Shown here one piece after another: positions 57,898 through 64,000 of a stretch of 64,000 nucleotides of DNA (position 1 is its first letter; each line of letters starts with the position of its first letter). The notes below the pieces were generated by a model, which worked only from the letters and a program-made list of their open reading frames with translations, ran no database searches and was not told the origin of the DNA. This stretch comes from a phage. The position numbers and the translations under genes are program-made. The stretch lies in sequence record OZ413489.1. One strand, 5' to 3'.

Positions 57898-59081
57898 TGT
57901 CAAGAAACGTATTCGAAAGTGGTCAAATCACTGTCCGTGAGTTGCCAGCTATTATTCAGTTTGCCCAACGTCATAGCCGATCTGTCCTAATTTTGGGACC
58001 AATGGGTGTGGGTAAAAGTCAGGTGATGAAGCAGATCGCTGATAATATGTTCGGTGAGCGAGATGACAACCTTGTTGACGTGCGACTGTCAGATAAAGAT
58101 CCTGCCGACTTATCTGGGCTACCTATCCCTGTAGAGGCGGATGGAACTACACGTACAGTGTTTGCAATTCCAGAATTTTGGCCTGCGGATCCTGACTGGA
58201 GCGGAATTATCTTTCTGGATGAGCTCACTCATGCAGATAACTACCTGCAAAAGGTTGCAATGCAAATTATGCTTGACCACAAGTGCGGTACCTATGCATT
58301 CCCTAAGGGTTCTGTTTTTGTGGCTGCTGGTAACCGTTCTACAGATGGTGCGGTTCTTTCGGCGCTCGAAGCCCCTCTGGCTAACCGTTTTATCATTGTA
58401 GAGGTTACAAGCAATGCAGAGGTGTTTATTGAGGACTACGCATTCCTTAATGGGGTGCACTCCTCTGTAATTGGATATCTGAAAAGAGTTCCATCAGCTA
58501 TCGATAATTATGAGGCCATGGCTGAGATTAATTGTCCATCTTTTGCCACACCGCGATCTTGGGTTGCTGCATCTGATATCTTGCACGATTTTGACAGCGG
58601 TATTATTTCTGACGCTATGGCCCGTGTTCTTCTGCAAGGTGCTATTGGTCACACTGCAGCGGTAGAGATCTGGACATACCACACCAAGAAACGCAATTTA
58701 CCTGAAATCGGTCGGATTATGGCAGGTGGTTGCAAAGAATACGTAGGTCCTAAGCAGCCAGACATTTTGTGGATTCTTGGATCTGAAGGTTGTATCGCTA
58801 TTCGTAATATGATGGAAAATGCAAGTATCTCAGACGAAGATCTTGTCAGCTGCGTGGCAAACTTCCTCGATTTCCTTTGGGAAAACTTCAAGGACGAGAA
58901 CCGAGATTTTGTATTCTCAGTCTTTATGGCGATGATGAAACCTAATGCCTTAGGAAATGCCTTGCTTATCGGCAAAGGGCGTGACAAGATTGTTGCTCAG
59001 CTGATCAAAGCATACCCAAACCTGATGAAGATTGTAAAAGAGTTTGGTGAAGAGTTTAGCGCCATTTTGGCTAAAGCTTAA
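57897..59081 (+). CDS. AAA+ ATPase (MoxR/CobS-like, AAA_5 type)
   Basis: 394 aa; Walker A GPMGVGKS, Walker B IIFLDE, sensor-like AAGN. Confidence 0.6.
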   Translation: MSRNVFESGQITVRELPAIIQFAQRHSRSVLILGPMGVGKSQVMKQIADNMFGERDDNLVDVRLSDKDPADLSGLPIPVEADGTTRTVFAIPEFWPADPDWSGIIFLDELTHADNYLQKVAMQIMLDHKCGTYAFPKGSVFVAAGNRSTDGAVLSALEAPLANRFIIVEVTSNAEVFIEDYAFLNGVHSSVIGYLKRVPSAIDNYEAMAEINCPSFATPRSWVAASDILHDFDSGIISDAMARVLLQGAIGHTAAVEIWTYHTKKRNLPEIGRIMAGGCKEYVGPKQPDILWILGSEGCIAIRNMMENASISDEDLVSCVANFLDFLWENFKDENRDFVFSVFMAMMKPNALGNALLIGKGRDKIVAQLIKAYPNLMKIVKEFGEEFSAILAKA

Positions 59082-59090
59082 GGGGGTTGT

Positions 59091-59471
59091 ATGGCTAAAG
59101 TAGGTAAGCGGGGAAACTGCCTGGTGGTATTGACCGAGGAGCCGGAGAAGGAGTACGAATGCAGCTCCACTTGCGTGATCGATATCCGAGAAAAAGATGT
59201 AGATGAAATCTGGTTTAAAATATTGGACGCTTGCGACAGCAGTGATTATTTCTTCATCTATGTCAACGATAAGGCTGGGTTCTTCCATGACGACGGAGAG
59301 TTGCCGTATGAAATCTATGAACTTGTAGAGGCTTGCCATCGTGGAGATGCGGAGTTGTTTGGCTTACGGCTGAAAAGCGGTAAATTCTTCTATCAAGATG
59401 AGTGCATGAATCTTCATAACTTTGTAGAGGGAACTTGCAACGATGGAGAGATTTTGGCACACTATGATTAA
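59091..59471 (+). CDS. hypothetical protein
   Basis: 126 aa; followed by terminator. Confidence 0.35.
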   Translation: MAKVGKRGNCLVVLTEEPEKEYECSSTCVIDIREKDVDEIWFKILDACDSSDYFFIYVNDKAGFFHDDGELPYEIYELVEACHRGDAELFGLRLKSGKFFYQDECMNLHNFVEGTCNDGEILAHYD

Positions 59472-59484
59472 TTTCTAAGACCTC

Positions 59485-59511
59485 CCCCGCTTCGGCGGGG
59501 ATTTTCTATTT
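59485..59511 (+). terminator. rho-independent terminator
   Basis: CCCCGC-TTCG-GCGGGG then ATTTTCTATTT. Confidence 0.65.
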
Positions 59512-59520
59512 GGAGTTATT

Positions 59521-60021
59521 GTGAAAATTAAGATCTTTGCTATTATTTTGAGCGCATTTTTATCGCTGCCTGTTGTTGCAGCACCAAAACAAAAAGTATA
59601 CCATACTTGCAAGCCATCAGATACTAAGGAAAACATTCTAGCATGCAATATCTACAGGGAAGCTAGAGGGGATGGCACGATGGGTATGCTGGCATCTGGG
59701 TTTGCCACCCTAAACAGGAAATCTCACCCCAAATACCCAGACACCATAAGAAAGATTGTCTACCAACCTAACCAGTTTTCGTGGACAAACCACGGCAAAA
59801 CTTTTAAGGTGACAGAAAAAGATTCATGGGATCACGCTAAAAGTCTTGCAAAGATGCTTCTAAAGGTCTATAATAACAACCATGTTGCATACATGGCTAT
59901 GGACATAACAGGTGGAGCAACACACTACCATACAACCAAAGTACGACCGAAATGGGCAAAAAAGATGCAGAGGACAGCTCAATTCGGGAGTCATATCTAC
60001 TACAAGGAGCGCAATAAATGA
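59521..60021 (+). CDS. secreted cell wall hydrolase (SleB-like)
   Basis: 166 aa; GTG start with GGAG RBS; cleavable signal peptide MKIKIFAIILSAFLSLPVVAAP; CNIYREARGDGTMGMLASGFATLNRK...YQPNQFSWTN matches the SleB/Hydrolase_2 pattern. Confidence 0.5.
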   Translation: MKIKIFAIILSAFLSLPVVAAPKQKVYHTCKPSDTKENILACNIYREARGDGTMGMLASGFATLNRKSHPKYPDTIRKIVYQPNQFSWTNHGKTFKVTEKDSWDHAKSLAKMLLKVYNNNHVAYMAMDITGGATHYHTTKVRPKWAKKMQRTAQFGSHIYYKERNK

Positions 60022-60563
60022 TTGTAAACAGTAATGAAACTAAAGCAGTACTAACCGGAAATATGGAGGTCACCAGGGGCTCAATTTCTCTGAACAAAGA
60101 GACTTTTGGGCTAATCATTAAAGGGATTTACGAAGATAAGGTGCTGGCAAGCTGCCGTGAACCAATCTTCAATGCTGTGGACTCTCATGTTGAGTCTGGA
60201 CGGGGTGATGTACCGATCATCATTCACTCCCCTACAGACCTTGAACCATACTTCTTTGTGCAGGACGTTGGATTGGGTATGTCAGAAGAGATGGTCCGCA
60301 ACACTTTCATGAACCTCGGGGAGTCAACCAAGCGCAACAGCAACGCTCTGGTAGGTAATAAAGGTGTAGGTTCAAAGGCCCCGTTCAGCATGGTTGACCC
60401 TGCAGATGTGGTTAGTGTGCCATACCAACACAATAGCGCCAAGTGCCGTGCATGCCGCTATGAGATTGTGGTAGCTCCGGAAGCACGCAAAGATGGAGAC
60501 CCTATTGAATATGTAGTTGATCGTGACGGTAACACTATCGACATTCTTTACGAGGAGGCGTAA
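60018..60563 (+). CDS. GHKL-type (Bergerat fold) ATPase domain protein
   Basis: 181 aa; N-box EPIFNAVD, G1 box DVGLGM, G2 box GNKGVGSKAPFS. Confidence 0.45.
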   Translation: MIVNSNETKAVLTGNMEVTRGSISLNKETFGLIIKGIYEDKVLASCREPIFNAVDSHVESGRGDVPIIIHSPTDLEPYFFVQDVGLGMSEEMVRNTFMNLGESTKRNSNALVGNKGVGSKAPFSMVDPADVVSVPYQHNSAKCRACRYEIVVAPEARKDGDPIEYVVDRDGNTIDILYEEA

Positions 60564-61933
60564 TGGAAAAAGGGCAGTATGATGTAGGCACAGATGCTGC
60601 CCTCGTTGCAATCATGAGCGGTGAGAATGTCTTCGTTTCAGGACCTGCAGGTTGTGGGAAGACGTATCTCATCAACATGATCCAGTCGATGTATGGAGAC
60701 TCTTGCATAACGGTTGCCCCGACAGGGGTAGCCGCTTTAAACGTTAATGGAGCAACAGCACACCGAACCTTCGATCTTGCAGCAGGTGTGAGCATGGAGT
60801 CAGACTGGACCGCAATAAGGGCAAAAACAGCAAAGCCTTTGAAAAGCAAGGCATTTACCATCCTAATTATCGATGAAATCTCTATGATCCGTGCTGATAA
60901 GTTTATAGAGATGGATAGGAAACTCCGCTTCCTTCGAAAAAATGACAAACCTTTCGGAGGCATACAGGTCATATTGTTTGGCGATTTTTACCAGGCACCT
61001 CCTGTTGTCTCTTCTATGGAGAAGGAAGCCTACTTCAACTTCTACCATACGGACCTGTGTTGCTATACCGAATCTTGGAAAGAGCTTGACCTCCACAACA
61101 TAGCCCTAATAGATCAGTTCCGACAGGAGTCTATTCGATTTGCCACAATGCTCAACTGTGTTCGTGAGGGTCGTCGCATAAAAGAGGTTGTAGCAGAACT
61201 TAATGCTCGCTGTTACAAAGGAGGTGTACCAACAGATGCTCTCACAATTTGCGCCACCAACAAACAAGCAGAGGAAGTGAACAGAAGGTTCTATGATGCC
61301 ATCAACGCCCCAGAGAAGGTATACACTGGTGAAATGAAGGGTAAGTTTCCCTCCACCCTGCCAGTTGAGCAGGAGATGAAGTTGAAAATTGGCATGAAAG
61401 TTATGATAACCGCCAACGATGTTGACCCGACGCACAAAGTACCTTATTATGTTAACGGAACACGTGCCACAATTGTTAAATTTAAGAACAAGGCGGTGGT
61501 GGTAGAGCTTGAAGATGGAACACAGGTTGACATAGAGCAGAGGTTGTGGGAGAATAACGAGTATAAGCCATCTCAGAGATACAACATTGCAGAAAGGAAG
61601 ATGGAGAAGTTTATAGAGAGGGTAGTGATTGGGTCATACAGGCAACTTCCTCTGAAATCTGGGTATGCCGTAACATCTCATAAAAGTCAAGGACTTACGC
61701 TAGATTGTTACAACCTGGACCTTGGAAAGAACGGAGCTTTCTCTCCTGGGATGACGTATGTTGCTTTGAGTCGGGTTAAGACAATACAAGGAATAAACTT
61801 GTTGCGTCCACTAAGAGAAGTTGACATTATTGTTGACCCGCGAGTCGTAGAGTTTTACAATACAACATTCCCTGACTTAGACAAAATTGTCAGGAAAGAT
61901 TTTGAAACCAGAGCCGAAGAGGGGGACGTATGA
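60563..61933 (+). CDS. SF1B DNA helicase (Dda/Pif1/RecD-like)
   Basis: 456 aa; Walker A GPAGCGKT, Walker B ILIIDEISM, GDFYQAPPV, SHKSQGLTLD. Confidence 0.6.
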   Translation: MEKGQYDVGTDAALVAIMSGENVFVSGPAGCGKTYLINMIQSMYGDSCITVAPTGVAALNVNGATAHRTFDLAAGVSMESDWTAIRAKTAKPLKSKAFTILIIDEISMIRADKFIEMDRKLRFLRKNDKPFGGIQVILFGDFYQAPPVVSSMEKEAYFNFYHTDLCCYTESWKELDLHNIALIDQFRQESIRFATMLNCVREGRRIKEVVAELNARCYKGGVPTDALTICATNKQAEEVNRRFYDAINAPEKVYTGEMKGKFPSTLPVEQEMKLKIGMKVMITANDVDPTHKVPYYVNGTRATIVKFKNKAVVVELEDGTQVDIEQRLWENNEYKPSQRYNIAERKMEKFIERVVIGSYRQLPLKSGYAVTSHKSQGLTLDCYNLDLGKNGAFSPGMTYVALSRVKTIQGINLLRPLREVDIIVDPRVVEFYNTTFPDLDKIVRKDFETRAEEGDV

Positions 61934-62271
61934 GTTTGTGGAGAAATATCGTTAACTACGTGTGCGGCAATCCAACTCCTGAAGAGAAGGATGTTGTGAT
62001 TCACGATTTTACTAAAAGATCTCGTGAAAAAGATCTACTGCTAACAAAGGTGACTGATAAAGATCCTGCAGTAGGGGACTGGGCAGGTTTTGCGTTTACA
62101 TCGGACAAATACACCTTTAACAAAGGTGACTACCTTGTTGTGGATTTTAACGAAGACATTGAGGGTGCTGAACCTTACTATCAAACCCTTATTGTTGCAG
62201 GGTGTGTTGATCTCTCTGCAGGCATGCACAGTTTGATTCTTTTTGAGCTTGACTCTGAAGACCTTGAGTAG
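61930..62271 (+). CDS. hypothetical protein
   Basis: 113 aa; start overlaps helicase stop. Confidence 0.3.
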   Translation: MSLWRNIVNYVCGNPTPEEKDVVIHDFTKRSREKDLLLTKVTDKDPAVGDWAGFAFTSDKYTFNKGDYLVVDFNEDIEGAEPYYQTLIVAGCVDLSAGMHSLILFELDSEDLE

Positions 62272-62331
62272 TAAGATGTGAGTATAAAGGGGAGGCACTC
62301 CTCCCCACAAAAACTAAGGAAGCACTAAACG

Positions 62332-62634
62332 ATGAAACGTTATAAACCATACACTTTTGAAATCGATTTCGAACTTGACGATATGTTTACTGTGGAAGCT
62401 CAGGCAGTAGTTCAGTTGCCAGATCCGGAGTGCCGGGATTCTGATGTTGACTGTTACGGATTTAGACAAATCACCGATGTGCATGTTTACCACAACGGTG
62501 AAGAGGTGGACTTCCACCAACTGCCAAACGATATGCGCCACTCAATTTACAAACGTGCAGCCCGTGAACTAGAGTCCTATCTGGATGCAGCGACGACAGC
62601 AGCTGCATTTGCTGAAGAAGTGGGAGGTTTCTGA
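62332..62634 (+). CDS. hypothetical protein
   Basis: 100 aa; AAGGAAG RBS. Confidence 0.3.
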   Translation: MKRYKPYTFEIDFELDDMFTVEAQAVVQLPDPECRDSDVDCYGFRQITDVHVYHNGEEVDFHQLPNDMRHSIYKRAARELESYLDAATTAAAFAEEVGGF

Positions 62635-63029
62635 TGATTACAGGTGTGAAGATTATCCAATACCACTTAACCAAATTGGAAGATGCTGAAAAAGAGCTTG
62701 CAGAAGTTCTGAATAGTGGATATACTTTACTATCATGCGCCTGCTCAGACACATACGCTGTGTGGACACTTATCCGGAAGGAAGAGCCTGCGTGGATCTT
62801 GGTGCCAAACCCTAAGATCATTAGTGAGGTGGATGACTACGCTCAGGACGGCCTGCCAGAAGGCTGGGAAGTATGGGAAGGTGGTGAAAACCCTGCACCA
62901 GGTAAGTGGGTAAAATACAAACTACGTAGCGGTGCACAGTACGCTGACTACTCTGATGACCTGGACTGGAGTCATTCTTCACCAGGATCATCTGCAAGTT
63001 CATATGATATCGTAGCTTTTCAGGAATAA
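62634..63029 (+). CDS. hypothetical protein
   Basis: 131 aa. Confidence 0.3.
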   Translation: MITGVKIIQYHLTKLEDAEKELAEVLNSGYTLLSCACSDTYAVWTLIRKEEPAWILVPNPKIISEVDDYAQDGLPEGWEVWEGGENPAPGKWVKYKLRSGAQYADYSDDLDWSHSSPGSSASSYDIVAFQE

Positions 63030-63041
63030 GGAGAAGAAGGT

Positions 63042-63524
63042 ATGTCAGATTTTATGTGGAAAGTAGGTTACGCAACCCCTGAAATGTGTGAGGCTTGCTT
63101 TGTTAAAATAGGCCGCGAGGATATCGACAAAGTGATCCTTAAGTTTCGTGATGTGGCTGTAATCGGCAACCGAGTGCTTAAGCACTTAAAGAATCTGAAG
63201 CTCACCAAAAAGAAGTTCTTTGGACTTTTCGAAGAGAAGGTTGATGCTTGGACCCATTGCATTCAGGAAGCTAAATCTCACTACAGTGCCATCGTTACTC
63301 CAGAACGGGTAGCAAAGATGGAAGGATTCATCAACAGCACAGAATTTGAGTGCCTAAAGGCTGCCCTTGATAGCTATCCAAAGTGCCTCAAACACCTTGA
63401 CAAGTATGCAGAAAAGGATGGTGAAATGTATCTCACCCTGGACGCATATTATGAGATGCAAGAAATTTTAAATTTAGATTTGACATTGGTATCCACCGAG
63501 TATACAATAGGTATCCGGGTTTAA
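63042..63524 (+). CDS. hypothetical protein
   Basis: 160 aa; AAGGAGAAGAAGG RBS. Confidence 0.35.
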   Translation: MSDFMWKVGYATPEMCEACFVKIGREDIDKVILKFRDVAVIGNRVLKHLKNLKLTKKKFFGLFEEKVDAWTHCIQEAKSHYSAIVTPERVAKMEGFINSTEFECLKAALDSYPKCLKHLDKYAEKDGEMYLTLDAYYEMQEILNLDLTLVSTEYTIGIRV

Positions 63525-63530
63525 CACTAG

Positions 63531-63557
63531 GCCCTGCCCGAAAGGGTGGGGCTTTTT
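63531..63557 (+). terminator. rho-independent terminator
   Basis: GCCCTGCCC-GAAA-GGGTGGGGC then TTTTTGC. Confidence 0.55.
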
Positions 63558-63575
63558 GCATTAGGAGACAGCAAA

Positions 63576-64000
63576 TTGAAATTTATCTACAAAGAACACT
63601 ACCACAAAGGTGTTGTGTGGAGTCTATTTGACGGGTCTGGTGGTGCAGTCATTGACTGGGCAAAAGCTGGGTACCTGTGCCTGTGCTTTAATGCAGAAGG
63701 TGCTGATCACGGCAGTTATGCAGAGGTTATAACCGATCATCCCAACATTCACTATGTGGATTATTGGATTGACCCATGGTTCCCTCAGGAAACTTTTTGC
63801 ATGTACCCAGCTCCAGACTTTATTCTTGCATTTCCTCCGTGCACGCATTTAGCGGTATCAGGTGCTGCACATTTTAAGAAAAAGCTGGCTAAGGACCCCA
63901 TGATCCAAATTAATGCTGTAAAGGATGCTCGGGTTGCGGAAGAGCTGGGAGAGATTTACGATTGCCCGTGGCATGTAGAGAATCCTGTGGGTGTTATGTC
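63576..64000 (+). CDS. DNA (cytosine-5) methyltransferase, N-terminal part (runs off window)
   Basis: TTG start 7 nt after AGGAGA; open to window end; motif I LFDGSGG and motif IV FPPCTHLAVSG. Confidence 0.55.
   Translation, partial: MKFIYKEHYHKGVVWSLFDGSGGAVIDWAKAGYLCLCFNAEGADHGSYAEVITDHPNIHYVDYWIDPWFPQETFCMYPAPDFILAFPPCTHLAVSGAAHFKKKLAKDPMIQINAVKDARVAEELGEIYDCPWHVENPVGVM

Noticed and set aside
62289-62306. Hairpin GGGGAGG-CACT-CCTCCCC between plus-strand genes as a terminator
   Set aside because: The U tract is on the minus strand side only, where no gene ends; more likely an RNA structural element or coincidence
1-64000. CRISPR arrays, tRNA or rRNA genes, integrase or repressor
   Set aside because: No regularly spaced direct repeats, no cloverleaf-like sequences and no recombinase or repressor motifs were recognised by eye; absence is not proven without tRNAscan, Infernal or HMM searches

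Overview
This window is a co-linear segment of a tailed dsDNA phage genome with myovirus-like (contractile tail) gene order. Plus strand, 2-48316: the end of a lysis cassette (i-spanin and o-spanin), a large terminase gene split into three exons by two ORF-less group I introns, then portal, scaffold, major capsid, head-tail joining genes, tail sheath, tail tube, a frameshifted tail assembly chaperone, tape measure, and P2/Mu-like baseplate genes (hub, spike, wedge, J-like, I-like). The baseplate cluster is interrupted by a roughly 13.6 kb block of extra fibre or enzyme genes that includes a lambda-J-like host-specificity module. Downstream lie two paralogous P2 H-like tail fibres with a Tfa chaperone, a 581-aa fibre or spike and an 1878-aa giant protein. 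48364-55319 (minus strand) and 55399-64000 (plus strand) form a divergently transcribed early or auxiliary region: small unknown proteins, a HAD-like phosphatase, a VWA plus metallopeptidase protein, a MoxR-like AAA+ ATPase, a secreted SleB-like hydrolase, a GHKL ATPase, an SF1B helicase and a C5 cytosine methyltransferase cut by the window end. No rRNA, tRNA, CRISPR array, integrase or repressor was recognised. All functional names come from motif and gene-order recognition by eye; no searches were run, so boundaries of non-coding features and all functions are provisional. The strongest candidates for something new are the twin-intron terminase, the hybrid adsorption apparatus, and the dark early island around the MoxR/VWA pair.
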